A stretch of DNA of 63,397 nt, the filler included, from Octopus bimaculoides (Eukaryota): NCBI RefSeq assembly GCF_001194135.2. It is 6 parts of 6 records of this genome, joined end to end, with 100 filler letters (N's around TTAATTAATTAA, not from the genome) between each part and the next. Parts side by side here need not be neighbours in the genome. Positions count along the whole stretch, not along the records: positions 19,606 to 33,516 come from NC_068995.1; positions 33,617 to 39,437 come from NC_068988.1; 4 more parts are not named here. One strand, given 5' to 3'. The notes below the pieces were generated by a model. That model was not told the DNA's origin. It made no database searches and saw nothing but the letters and a program-made list of their open reading frames with translations. Positions 24,927-39,437 of the stretch are shown here, piece by piece. The translations under genes were made by a program, and so were the position numbers. Position 1 is the stretch's first letter, and every line of letters begins with the position of its first letter.

Positions 24927-25962
24927 CTTGTATATACAAGAGTGAAGATGAAGAATAAAGGTTAGTCATTGGTCATTCCCCTAAAATCCTTTTAAACAAT
25001 TATGATTTCTGGAGAACTTATAAACAATTATGAACTTATTTTACTGCCTATTTTGAACACTTTTATGTAAACTGTTTAAACACAAAGCCTCTCTTAACAT
25101 TTTCAAAGACTCTATCACTGTATTTTAATACATCTATCTTAACTAATTTTTAACATCACAAACGCTGTAGAAAGCCTTACATTTTACTTTTGAAAATCTT
25201 TTTTAAAAAAACTGAAACCGGTCAAGTCAATAAACATTTTGCATTATACATTAAGGAAGAGGGAATATTTAAGGAATATTTATATATAAATATATATATT
25301 TATACAAGGCATGTCTACATAAATATACGTATATTTTAATAAATATGATCATGTGTGCGTGCGTGTGTGTATATGTATGTGTACATTCATATACATGCGT
25401 AAATGTATATATCAAAACATACATATATATATATATAATTTTCTTTTATATACATGTACGTATGTATCTCTGTGTGTATGCATAACTATATGCATGTATG
25501 CATGTATGTATGTATGTATGTGCGTGCGTGCGTGAGTGCGTGTTGTGGTCTCTTTGTTCATACGCATACTCTTAGAAAAAGACGAAATACAGATGTGGAT
25601 GCCAGCTTATAGACACACACCCAAACATACAAACGGTAAGAATAAGCGGAGAGTAAGAAACAAAGAGAGATTTACGGACGGAGAGGTAGAACGATAAAGA
25701 AGCATATAAAGGCAAAAGAACAATAAAGGTGAACGCAAAAACAACTAAATAACTACAAAGATATTGTAACGATAAGAATAGAGGTCCAGGTTTCATTTCC
25801 TAACAACTCTGTGACAACAAAACTGGTCTATATAAATACTTGCAGAATATCAATATTTTATGATCGTTGGCTTCCAACATTGGTAAAATAATTTCCGGTG
25901 TATTTGGCAAATACAAGGTTGAAATATCTACGATAGCAATAAATATTATAAGAGAAACTCAC

Positions 25963-26035
25963 TGCAATAAATACTACAACTGCGACAAATAATAATAATT
26001 GTAGTAGCAGCAACAACTAAAATTTCGGCAGCCAT
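25963..26035 (-). CDS. Candidate small Cys-rich peptide, exon 1 (MAAEILVVAATTIIIICRSCSIYC)
   Basis: ATG, a hydrophobic stretch and a strong donor TGCA|gtgagt in phase 1. A YY1-like CCGCCATTTT motif lies ~25 nt upstream. Confidence 0.35.
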
Positions 26036-26204
26036 TAAGTAAGAGATACAAACTTTCAAAATGGCGGTGTATAATTATATGAATAAATGCGCACATACGC
26101 GTACGTACGCTTACATTCATATCTACACACCCAGACACACACATACAAACATACATATATACATATATACATACATACATACATACACACATACACACAC
26201 ACGC

Positions 26205-26266
<62 letters not shown>

Positions 26267-26332
26267 NNNNNNNNNNNNNNNNNNNNNNNNNNNNNNNNNN
26301 NNNNNNNNNNNNNNNNNNNNNNNNNNNNNNNN

Positions 26333-26379
<47 letters not shown>

Positions 26380-26872
26380 CACACACACAGGCGTGGCTAT
26401 GTGGTGAGATGCTTATTTCCCAACCATTTGGTTCTGGGTTCAGTCCCACTAAGCGGCATTTTTGGCAAGTGTCATCTACTGTAGTTCCTGGAAGCTCCTA
26501 TATTGTTTGAAGTCACTTGGCTTTGTTCTTGAGTAAAATAAAGATCGATTCAATCAACACTTCCTATTCCAAAATGGCTGCCAATTTCAGAAACTCATTC
26601 AAGTACATTTGTTATACATGAATGTACGAAAGATTGAATTTTAACATAAAAAAAAACAAAGACAAACTTATGTGTTGCTGATATTATCAAGCTTCTACAG
26701 CCATCAGTTCATAATCATATCTATTTTCTAAATATATGTCATTTGTTACTTAGTCGAGCATGTGTGAGTGAATTCATGCGTCTGTGTGCATAAATTGCTT
26801 GTGTATTCACGTCCATGTTCATGTCAGTTTCTTTGTCGAATTGTGACCCGTTATAACAAATACGTAACTTAC

Positions 26873-26992
26873 CGATTCTTCAATAGATAAGTTTCGCTGA
26901 AATAGGTACCATACTGAAATAAGACCTGGGGCCGAGTGTGATCCACTGAAACCCGCAGTTGTTGTAGCTTCTCCATGAACACAATCGCAAAA
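26873..26992 (-). other. Orphan exon-like segment, 120 nt
   Basis: ttactgtttcag| ... GAATCG|gtaagt. Two frames are open across it (FCDCVHGEATTTAGF... and FAIVFMEKLQQLRVSVDHTRPQVLFQYGTYF...). Its partner exons are unresolved. Confidence 0.4.
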
Positions 26993-27010
26993 CTGAAACA
27001 GTAATAGAAT

Positions 27011-27052
<42 letters not shown>

Positions 27053-28105
27053 GTACGTGTGTAAGTGTATATCTATATATCTATATACGCATAAATATAC
27101 ACACACACATATATACTTATATACATATAAAGAGAGAGAAAGGGGGTAGAGGGCGACTGTGTATTGAAATTATTTTTACAAACTAATCAAATAACATAAA
27201 TAAATTAAATTAAAAATAAACAAGTTATTTAATTGATCAATAGATAAACAAATAAGCAAATAATTCAATAAATAAACGTTAAAAAAATTTTTTTTTCTTT
27301 TTTGTTTTTTTCTCTTTGTGTTTTGTTATTTTCTAAAAAAAATTCCGGTTGCTGTCTTTTGACATTTTTATTTATTTTTTTCATTTATTTATTTTCAAAA
27401 TTCCATTAAACTATGATAGTTTTGTAATTGCAGACTTTTAACAACAAAACTTCCAAAAGATCAAAGAATTAATTGCCAGCAAAAGCTAATTTATTTAACG
27501 TCTTTATTCTTGTTGTTTATATTTGATTTCAGATTTTTTTTTTTCTTTTATGGACTTTTTGGGGAGTTTCATTCATTATTTTTTAATTATTAATTTTTCC
27601 ATTCTTCCGTTCATTCTTCAATTCTTCCAGATTTTTAACACATAAAGTGTTTGTTTTGTATTTACAGTGGTGTTTTTTGCATTCGCTTTTGTTTTCTGGA
27701 TTTTTTAATATTCTTTGTTGGTTTTTGCTATTAATTCATCTTGGAACCTAAATAAAGGCAAGTTTAACCCACAAACACGGAACAAAGTAGTGACAACTAA
27801 AATACATTAAAAAATGCAAGAATGAATATAACAAAAAAAAAAAACTTCCATCATTTAACTGAAAAACAGAATTTCCAAAGACCTGTGATAATTCTTCTAA
27901 ATTTGAAGTTTTATCAATTCACTGCGTCATGTAATTTGGTAATGTACGATATATGTATGTAGCGTGTGTGTTTGTGTATTTGTCGGTAAGATTGAGAATC
28001 ACAGATACTAAATAGAATCCAGGATGTAACGTATACATATATATACACACACATATATATATTTATATATATATACATATATACACATATATATGATTGC
28101 ATATG

Positions 28106-28159
<54 letters not shown>

Positions 28160-28193
28160 CACACATATACACACATATATATGATTGTATACG

Positions 28194-28232
<39 letters not shown>

Positions 28233-28927
28233 NNNNNNNNNNNNNNNNNNNNNNNNNNNNNNNNNNNNNNNNNNNNNNNNNNNNNNNNNNNNNNNNNNNN
28301 NNNNNNNNNNNNNNNNNNNNNNNNNNNNNNNNNNNNNNNNNNNNNNNNNNNNNNNNNNNNNNNNNNNNNNNNNNNNNNNNNNNNNNNNNNNNNNNNNNNN
28401 NNNNNNNNNNNNNNNNNNNNNNNNNNNNNNNNNNNNNNNNNNNNNNNNNNNNNNNNNNNNNNNNNNNNNNNNNNNNNNNNNNNNNNNNNNNNNNNNNNNN
28501 NNNNNNNNNNNNNNNNNNNNNNNNNNNNNNNNNNNNNNNNNNNNNNNNNNNNNNNNNNNNNNNNNNNNNNNNNNNNNNNNNNNNNNNNNNNNNNNNNNNN
28601 NNNNNNNNNNNNNNNNNNNNNNNNNNNNNNNNNNNNNNNNNNNNNNNNNNNNNNNNNNNNNNNNNNNNNNNNNNNNNNNNNNNNNNNNNNNNNNNNNNNN
28701 NNNNNNNNNNNNNNNNNNNNNNNNNNNNNNNNNNNNNNNNNNNNNNNNNNNNNNNNNNNNNNNNNNNNNNNNNNNNNNNNNNNNNNNNNNNNNNNNNNNN
28801 NNNNNNNNNNNNNNNNNNNNNNNNNNNNNNNNNNNNNNNNNNNNNNNNNNNNNNNNNNNNNNNNNNNNNNNNNNNNNNNNNNNNNNNNNNNNNNNNNNNN
28901 NNNNNNNNNNNNNNTATATATATATAT

Positions 28928-28962
<35 letters not shown>

Positions 28963-29510
28963 TACATATATATACATATGTATGCATACATTCATATGCT
29001 TGTATATATATATACAATATGTATATATATATATATATGAGTGTATGTGTGTGTGTGTGTGTATGTATATATATATACATATGTGTGTGTGAATGCATAC
29101 ATACATATATACATATACGCGTACAATATGCATATAGATGCATTTGTTTATATTTACATGTGTGCATATAATTACACGCATACACACACACATACATACA
29201 TACATACATACATACATACATACATACATACATACATACATACATACATACATACATGGTCGACAGTAGCGATGTTGACGACGGAAACGATAAACGATTG
29301 CAGAGGTGATCGATAATCAATAAAAACTAATTAATAAAAGGGCGATCAACTTGAAAGTTGAGGTTAAATTAAGGACGGAATTTACATCTGAAGTTTGCTT
29401 TCGTCCATCATGGCAAATTGCCTATCTCATAGCAAAGTTAACAAACTAGAAAAGTAAAGCAAAACAAAACAAAAACAAAACGATGTCAAAACAAACAACC
29501 CAGAGTGCTG

Positions 29511-29567
<57 letters not shown>

Positions 29568-30402
29568 AATGATTGACCTTTGCCCACCGCTATGTATTTT
29601 GTAAAAAGTTTGCGTCTGGGATGTGTATGATGGCTGTGTCGCTATGGGGAGAAGGGCTACGTGTACAGGCATGTGTGTGCATGTATGTGTGCATGTGTGT
29701 GTGTATGTGTGTTTGTGTGTGTGCATGTGTGTGTGTATGTGTGTGCGTGTGTGTGCGTATTTGTGGGGTGGGGTGGAATGTTTACTTCGTTTAGGCCTGT
29801 ATGTTTACGCATACACTTCTACAAAAACACAGGCATAGACATCCATGCATATATATATATATATATATATATATNNNNNNNNNNNNNNNNNNNNNNNNNN
29901 NNNNNNNNNNNNNNNNNNNNNNNNNNNNNNNNNNNNNNNNNNNNNNNNNNNNNNNNNNNNNNNNNNNNNNNNNNNNNNNNNNNNNNNNNNNNNNNNNNNN
30001 NNNNNNNNNNNNNNNNNNNNNNNNNNNNNNNNNNNNNNNNNNNNNNNNNNNNNNNNNNNNNNNNNNNNNNNNNNNNNNNNNNNNNNNNNNNNNNNNNNNN
30101 NNNNNNNNNNNNNNNNNNNNNNNNNNNNNNNNNNNNNNNNNNNNNNNNNNNNNNNNNNNNNNNNNNNNNNNNNNNNNNNNNNNNNNNNNNNNNNNNNNNN
30201 NNNNNNNNNNNNNNNNNNNNNNNNNNNNNNNNNNNNNNNNNNNNNNNNNNNNNNNNNNNNNNNNNNNNNNNNNNNNNNNNNNNNNNNNNNNNNNNNNNNN
30301 NNNNNNNNNNNNNNNNNNNNNNNNNNNNNNNNNNNNNNNNNNNNNNNNNNNNNNNNNNNNNNNNNNNNNNNNNNNNNNNNNNNNNNNNNNNNNNNNNNNN
30401 NN

Positions 30403-30456
<54 letters not shown>

Positions 30457-32811
30457 CACACACCTGTATATATATACATATATATATATATATGTACACA
30501 CACACACCTATGAACGTTTGTAGGTACGGCTATGCATGTATACATACATATGCGTATGTATGCGCTGTGAGTGAACAGGTTTATATATATATATTTATAT
30601 TCATGTATGTGTATGTGTGTGTGTGTGTGCGTGTGCATTTGTGTAAGTAGTCTTGTGGCTGTGTTTATAGATATATGTGAGTTTGTCTCCTTATAGACGT
30701 TTCTGATTGGCAGAATGAGTGAATCCTAGTCTGTACGTACATGTGTACGAACGTGTGCACGTGCATGAGTATGTTTTCATCTGCAGACAAGGATACGATA
30801 CTGAAAAACTCATAAACACTTTTGGTTTAATCATGAGCTTGATTAAAATGAAATGATGCCTGGATGGTTGGTGGGAATGTATGTGTGTCTGTGTGATACA
30901 GAAGAAAATGTAGTCCGTGTGCGTGTGTATATGGTGAAAGCTTTGTCCGCGCGCGTGTGTGTGTGTGTGTATTGTAAAGCTTTATTCTGTGTTTGCGTAC
31001 CTGTGTGTGTTTATAGTGTTTGATATGTTTACACGTATGTACAGTAGAAATTCGGTCTGCATGTATGTGAGTGTTTGCTTCAGTGTGCGTGTGGACGTGT
31101 GCGAGAGTGTTTATAGAAGAGCCTGGGTCTGTGTACGTATTTGCTACAGTCGAAAGTTAGTCTATGTAAAGTAGAGATTTGTTCTGTGTGTACGTGTGTT
31201 TATGCGAGTGCATAATGGATGACTGATCTTTGTGTGTGTGTGTGTGTGTATTTGTATATTGTCGGTTAGTTCCAAGTGTGTGTGTATAATGGAAGTTAAT
31301 TTTATGTGTATATTTAGAGGTTTGCCCTGTATTTGTATTATATGTATAAATATGGCCTGTGCTATGCTTATTATAGAATGCTCTATATACTAGCGCTGTA
31401 CGGCAAGGTATTTATGTTGTTGTTGTTGTTGTTGTTGTTGCTGTTGTTAATAAGCGACAGGTCAGCACTGGTTGCAAGGCCCGCCATTGACCAAAGCACT
31501 TTATTTCACGTTACTCGAGTTCAGCCACCAGAAAATTAGACCTAGAATCAGCAAATTAACCTCGTGACGGATTCACATTCAGGATTAAGTCTTCTATTCT
31601 CAGTCTCTTAAAAACCTTAGAAAGACGGATCAGAAGTTCCGGCCTAAATAAGCCCTGAAGACTCTATCTAGACACATTAACGCTGAACATTAACACTACT
31701 GACAGAGCAGATAGCTTCTCTAGTCAAAGACGATCAAACTGAGATCATGAGTGAATCGTCCTTGTACAAAATTCTGTTGGATCAATGTTGACTTCAGAGA
31801 GACTAACAACAGCAACACACACACGCACGCCCACACACACATGCACGCACGCACGCACGCACGCACACACACACATACTCACACATACACACACACACAC
31901 ACGACACTCAAATACAATTATATCAGGTCATCCCAAAAGTTCTGTCCGATTTTACCTTTTTTTTTAAATTGAATGAAATTTAATAGTATTTTAGAATGTC
32001 TAATGGAGTTAAAAATTATTTTTATGCATTTGTGTATAAACGCCCGCGCGCAGGCTGCATGGCGCGTGTACACTCGCTCATACAAGCATTCGCGAAAATG
32101 TAAGAATACGCACACGTGTGGCTTGGTACATTCACGATCACAAATTCAATTGCTACTTGGTGTCTTTAAGAATGGGGAGATTAAAGCTAAACTTAATTCA
32201 TCCACACCTTAAAGTAAATTCTGCTAACTGTTACTCAAATTCATTCCCACTGCATTATGCGAAAGTACATTTATATGCGTGTAGGTTTTGGTCGGCCCGA
32301 GGCTATAGTAGAAGACAGTAGGACTGAACCCGGAATCATGTGGAAAGAAGAGAAAGAGGGGAGGGACAAAGAGAGAGAAGGGGAAGACAGACAGACAACT
32401 TAATCTTGGTTCGCATTTCTGATCATTAGTTTTCTTTTGATCGATCCTCCGAGCTACCAGGTTCATTGTGTTGTCGGCTAAGAAGTCAGACATTGTGTAA
32501 TGTCGTCGAGATTGTTTGCTTATAAAATAAACAACGGCAAGAATTGGAGATTGAGGCGCCAACGGAATAAATACATGCGAAATGTTTCTTGGAAGGGAGA
32601 TAGATATTAGTGAAGTCACAATACTGTAATACATGTGTGTGCGATTGTACGTCACGTCTCTGTATGTATGAGTGTGTGTGTATGTGAGCATGTGTGTGTG
32701 TGTGTGTGTGCGTGCGTGTGCGTGCGTGTGTGTGTGTGTGTGTATACACGCACCACTGTATGTAGCTCATTTATAAATATTCAAATATACATAGAGAAAT
32801 GCCACAGAAAA

Positions 32812-32853
<42 letters not shown>

Positions 32854-33164
32854 NNNNNNNNNNNNNNNNNNNNNNNNNNNNNTCTGTATGTATGAGTGTG
32901 TGTGTATGTGAGCATGTGTGTGTGTGTGTGTGTGCGTGCGTGCGTGTGGGGGGGTGCGCGCGTGCGCGTGAATGAGGAGAATGAAGAATTTGAACATTCA
33001 AACTTTGTCTATTTCCAGTTTGTTTATTCTTAATGAAAATCCGACACGTGTTTCGATTTTCCCAACTGCATCTTGTAGCAGATTTATATGCAACAATATT
33101 TGGTATCTGCCCGGATATTATATCACGCCTCTTACTATGAGAGAGAGAAAGAGAGAGAGAGGGA

Positions 33165-33203
<39 letters not shown>

Positions 33204-33616
33204 AAACAGTGACCACTCTGAAACACTAATAAGTGATACGTAGATTGTAATATACGTTTCCAGAAACAATCCTGCAGCAGACGATCTTCGGTAACGGATT
33301 TATTTCTCGCTTAATATCACGACGTGGCGTACCTACTGAACTTCCGGTTTGATTTGAACGGTCAGGTCTTTATTTCCTGTCAGATGAGGAATTGGCAGAG
33401 CCTTCACTGGACAATACACGAATATTTCTTTGGTTTTAATGATCACCAAGCATATGAAATATCAGATTCTTCTAAATGTCCAGAACTCTATCAAATCTGA
33501 CCTCCTTGGGTCTCTTNNNNNNNNNNNNNNNNNNNNNNNNNNNNNNNNNNNNNNNNNNNNTTAATTAATTAANNNNNNNNNNNNNNNNNNNNNNNNNNNN
33601 NNNNNNNNNNNNNNNN

Positions 33617-33696
<80 letters not shown>

Positions 33697-34503
33697 GAAC
33701 AACAGCAACAACAGTAATCCCTTCTAGTATAGGCACATGGCCTGAAATTTGAGAGGAGGTGGAGTATCGATTGCATCGGCCACAGAGCTCAAGTAGTACT
33801 TACTCAAATTACTTACTTACTGACACTACCCTTCCTTGTTACAGTTTGAAAGGAATACCCCTTAGCAGTTAATAATATACCCTGATGCAGAACTAGAGCT
33901 TGGCACTTATGGGCTTCGAATCTTAACTGATTGGAAGTGTTATCATGTAGATGATTTGTCTTGGTATATTCTGTTCAATACCACAGATCTGTTTGTCACT
34001 TGTTTGACCTTAACCTGTTAAACATGTCACTTAGTGGCTGACAATATGTGCATCTCTGATCATGAGCAAAAGTAGTGGGGGGGTGGGCATCATAGCCATG
34101 TGTTGAAAAGAATTGTTTGGGGATTTGAATAATTCAGCTCTAGAAACATGGGTGTTTCATTTATCATCCTTAAACAAGCCTTATTCAGAGACATTTTGAG
34201 CAGGATGGTCTATATGACACGAATAATATTCTAACTTGCAGGGTCATGCGCTGTTAATCTTGATATGAGATCACCATGTCGCACCCACACGCTTGTAACA
34301 CATGCGCCTGATCTACTCTTTTCATATGATGAGTATATTGATTTTTGTATATCTTACTCCAATACCAGTTTGATGGCATGCCATGGTCTCTCAATCAATA
34401 ATAATAATAATTCTTTCCAATACAGTCATTTATATATCCCCTGAAATATGGAAATATATACATATATATGTACGAGTGCGTGTCTGTATGTATGTATTAC
34501 TGC

Positions 34504-34541
<38 letters not shown>

Positions 34542-34668
34542 CGTTCAGACTATGCGACATCGACATACAACGTTATGAACGCACTGAATGACATCTAAAT
34601 ACGCGAAAAAATTGATCTTACTACGTGCTTTTGGGAAATAATTCAGGAAATCATTAATNNNNNNNNNN

Positions 34669-34718
<50 letters not shown>

Positions 34719-37448
34719 CCCCACACACACATACACACTCATATACAAGCAATAACCGACAGACGTAAGCATCATAGCTTTTCGAATGTTAAATATTTTT
34801 TGCTTCCATTTCATAGTACAATTTTATGCCTATTTTTTTTTTTGTTTTGCTTTAATTGTTTCCTGTTCCCTTACACTTCATAAACTTTGTCTAGTTTCCT
34901 TTATAACTATATTTATTTATTTTTGTATAACTATTCCCTATCGTTATGCGAGAGCATACAACACACACATAGATGAGTTTGCATATTTTTATCCATTTAT
35001 GCATTTTCTATAAGGTGTCAAAGTATGTCATGGATATTCTTTGCTCATTTGTTAATTAGATTTTCTAATCTTTTAATGTAATTTCAGCTTTTTAGTCGAT
35101 TTCTTCATGTGAGCAGAGCATATAATGCAATCTAAATAATAATAGACTCACAGAATTTTTGCCCCAGATTGGGTTTCAAAAGTTAAACAGAGCAGAGGAG
35201 CTAGCCTATATAGTAAATAATTAAGTTATGTATATATTCTGCATAGTAAGATGTATTGGAATGTCTTGTACAAAAATTGATGAAATGGAGATCTTTTATA
35301 TATATCACACACAACCCACCCTTTATTGTCTTCACTAAACATCGAGTTACGCTATCATTTCCGTCACCTATGAATGATGAACCTCCACGTTATGATTTCT
35401 AGTAAATAAAGATACATAACTAAACCCAGCGCTCTAAAATATTTTAACGTTAAAATATAAAAGCATGTTCCCTACAACGATAGTCCTATCAAAGTCGGAA
35501 TGCTTTTCGTTCGTAGTATGATTGTTAGTTACTAATCGATATGGGCTAAAGACATTCAATACAACTTCCGTAAATAGATTTAAACCAATCTTATCAAACC
35601 ATTCACTCGTTGCTTTCAGCTCAGTCATATTCCAGATTTAGAATGTTCTGTGTAAACCAAATTTTCTGTTCCGTATAGGCAAAGTGTGTTAAGAAAAAAT
35701 CAAATAACATTAATTTATTCAGCAATAGCTATTTGATAATTTTGGAAATGTTTATGATGCTTAATGGGGAAAATGCTACGTAGGTTAAAGAAAGCTTGCA
35801 TTTGGGATAAATGATAGACATACCATGAAGCATATGGAAATAACATTTTCAGATAATGCAGGCTAAAACTAACCTTAGAACCCTATAAATATGCAATTAG
35901 GAAAATCAAATGAAACAACATTTCTCATCCATGATAAGTCTTAGCAAAAGGAATTCTAAGACCCTCTTACACTTCCATAGAAATTCTAGCATTAAATACA
36001 CAGAAAATTGCATCTACTTATTCAGCTCCCTGCAATCAAATTTATTAGATAATGTTCAGTAACATTATAGGTCAACATTTCACACAAACGGTTCCTTTAT
36101 TCCTTGATTGAGCAAACTGGAAGAGTTGGCATACTTCTAGCAAATTGCACGAGCATGGGTTCAGTTGCGTGGTGGTGGGGGTGGTGAGAATTTATTTGTA
36201 ACAATAAATCACCAGCCATACACTTTCACGTGCAATTGACATTCATTCGTAAGCATTATTCTTGAACGATACGAAACACTAATGAAACGTGGTTACATTT
36301 TACTTCTTCAGAAAACCCGCTGCTTCTTCCCAATAATAAATGGAGAAACCATTCCAATTTTAATAGCAATGTTTTCTTTAACTGACACCTTTTCAGTCTA
36401 TGGATCTGTGAAGTTAAAAAAGAGTACAATAATATATTTGAAAAATCTCCTGACCATCCTCAAATACAGCTATATATATATATATATATGTATATANNNN
36501 NNNNNNNNNNNNNNNNNNNNNNNNNNNNNNNNNNNNNNNNNNNNNNNNNNNNNNNNNNNNNNNNNNNNNNNNNNNNNNNNNNNNNNNNNNNNNNNNNNNN
36601 NNNNNNNNNNNNNNNNNNNNNNNNNNNNNNNNNNNNNNNNNNNNNNNNNNNNNNNNNNNNNNNNNNNNNNNNNNNNNNNNNNNNNNNNNNNNNNNNNNNN
36701 NNNNNNNNNNNNNNNNNNNNNNNNNNNNNNNNNNNNNNNNNNNNNNNNNNNNNNNNNNNNNNNNNNNNNNNNNNNNNNNNNNNNNNNNNNNNNNNNNNNN
36801 NNNNNNNNNNNNNNNNNNNNNNNNNNNNNNNNNNNNNNNNNNNNNNNNNNNNNNNNNNNNNNNNNNNNNNNNNNNNNNNNNNNNNNNNNNNNNNNNNNNN
36901 NNNNNNNNNNNNNNNNNNNNNNNNNNNNNNNNNNNNNNNNNNNNNNNNNNNNNNNNNNNNNNNNNNNNNNNNNNNNNNNNNNNNNNAAAAACCATCAAAG
37001 TTAACAATTATTTAATTTAGGGTATCTAAGAGATACCGCAACACTGAATAATAGCAGTCAAATCTTTAGTAGAGTGAGAGAATAATGTGGCGAAAGAGTA
37101 CAGCATGTTTCGCCACCAACCTCTGCCGGAGCCACGCGGAGAATTAGGTGTTTTCGCTCAATAAACTCTCACAACGTTCGGTCTGAGAATAGAGACCGCG
37201 ATCCTATGACCACGAATCTGCTGCCCTAACCACTGGGCCATTGCGCCTCAACACACAAATATATAAATGAGCGTATGTGTGTATGTGTGTATATATGTAC
37301 ATTTAAATGTGGATAGACATGTGCACAAGCACTTACATACACGCACATGAACAAGCATGGACGCACACGTACATTCATATATATATATATATTCACACAC
37401 ATGTATGTATGTATGAATGTATGTATGTATGTATCTATCTATCTATCG

Positions 37449-37489
<41 letters not shown>

Positions 37490-37583
37490 CTAAATGTTTA
37501 ACTTTAATAATAAATAACATAATAAATGCGCGTCAGGAAGTGTCTGCATTTCTACATTTAAACAAACATATAAACGTATACAT

Positions 37584-37621
<38 letters not shown>

Positions 37622-38863
37622 CATGCACAAGGACACACACTCACACACAAGCACACATATATACGTACACATACATATATAATTACTTTATTTAATACAT
37701 CTACAAATATATACATATATGCATGTTGGTATGTGGAGAGAGTGCACTTGTCATACCATAATTATTTGTGACCATCATATCGTATTTGAACAAACGCGTA
37801 ACCATAAACAAAGATGAAAGGAATATGAGATATTCGTCATAGATTAATGGAGAAACGAGGCTATAAAGATAACGGTTGATAAACTACATTAATGCAGTCG
37901 GGTGATAGAGACAAAAATACCTACTTAGGAAATATTTTGTTAAACTAAATAAGCATTATTTCGTATTCGTTGAAAATGTTACAGCATTAGATTGTTTATG
38001 CTGATGTAGATTGACCCATATTATTAGAATATGTGTCTATGTTCAATGCATGCATATATTTTTACAGAATGAAAATGATATCAATATATATATATATATA
38101 TANNNNNNNNNNNNNNNNNNNNNNNNNNNNNNNNNNNNNNNNNNNNNNNNNNNNNNNNNNNNNNNNNNNNNNNNNNNNNNNNNNNNNNNNNNNNNNNNNN
38201 NNNNNNNNNNNNNNNNNNNNNNNNNNNNNNNNNNNNNNNNNNNNNNNNNNNNNNNNNNNNNNNNNNNNNNNNNNNNNNNNNNNNNNNNNNNNNNNNNNNN
38301 NNNNNNNNNNNNNNNNNNNNNNNNNNNNNNNNNNNNNNNNNNNNNNNNNNNNNNNNNNNNNNNNNNNNNNNNNNNNNNNNNNNNNNNNNNNNNNNNNNNN
38401 NNNNNNNNNNNNNNNNNNNNNNNNNNNNNNNNNNNNNNNNNNNNNNNNNNNNNNNNNNNNNNNNNNNNNNNNNNNNNNNNNNNNNNNNNNNNNNNNNNNN
38501 NNNNNNNNNNNNNNNNNNNNNNNNNNNNNNNNNNNNNNNNNNNNNNNNNNNNNNNNNNNNNNNNNNNNNNNNNNNNNNNATATATATATATATATATATA
38601 GGCACTTTCAGATGAATATATCTCTATGTATTTCCAATTATTTTCAAGTGAGTGGAAGAGAAAACCAATTTGTCTGCACAAGTATTTTTCTGATCGTAGA
38701 ATACCCACGGCGGCACGCGCGCATATACACACACACAGTCACGCACAGGCGCACGCGCGCGCGCATACTCAGTCATAGTAGATCGTAGAGGAGCAGCATC
38801 CTAGGACTAGACTACATTCCAGCCTGAACTTCCATAAAGTGCATTGTAAAAATAATTCATAAG

Positions 38864-38950
38864 AAGGTCCGGATCAAAAGGTGTTTGCTAGGTTCTTTAC
38901 GCAGCATAATAGTAAAATTACATTTTATGAAAATCACCCAAGTATACGTA
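38864..38950 (+). CDS. Possible upstream exon of gene B (GPDQKVFARFFTQHNSKITFYENHPSIR)
   Basis: Strong donor CGTA|gtaagt; phase 1 to 1 fits the exon at 47488. The acceptor is weak. Confidence 0.25.
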
Positions 38951-39327
38951 GTAAGTTAGTTACCGAGAGAACGTCAAGTTTATAGAAAATCATAATTACC
39001 TGAGATAGAAAAATTTGGATGAGACGATGAGCAAATATCTAAAAGATGGGTCACTAAAGTATAGAGAAGTAACTATCTCAGCGAATCACTCCCATGAAAA
39101 GGAGAGAGTAGAAGGAGCCGGGGTTGTAAAAATTGGAAAATCAAAGCCGCAAACTTTCTATAGATTTGCAAAATAGTCTGTTCAAAAATTCTGAAGTTGG
39201 GTTGTTCGTAAGTGACGCAAATATTGAAATGCTGGCCTAATCCTATTTTTCTGTATTCTCGTATTTTAATCTGGGAGCTATGTACTGTCATCCTCTGACG
39301 TAAACTGTTTTTAGTTTGACCAATATA

Positions 39328-39437
39328 TTCTTCTTCTTCTTCTTCTTCTTCTTCTTCTTCTTCTTCTTCTTCTTCTTCTTCTTCTTCTTCTTCTTCTTCT
39401 TCTTCTTCTTCTTCTTCTTCTTCTTCTTCTTCTTCTT
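39328..39437. repeat. (TTC)n microsatellite running into a gap
   Basis: Read directly. Confidence 0.95.
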
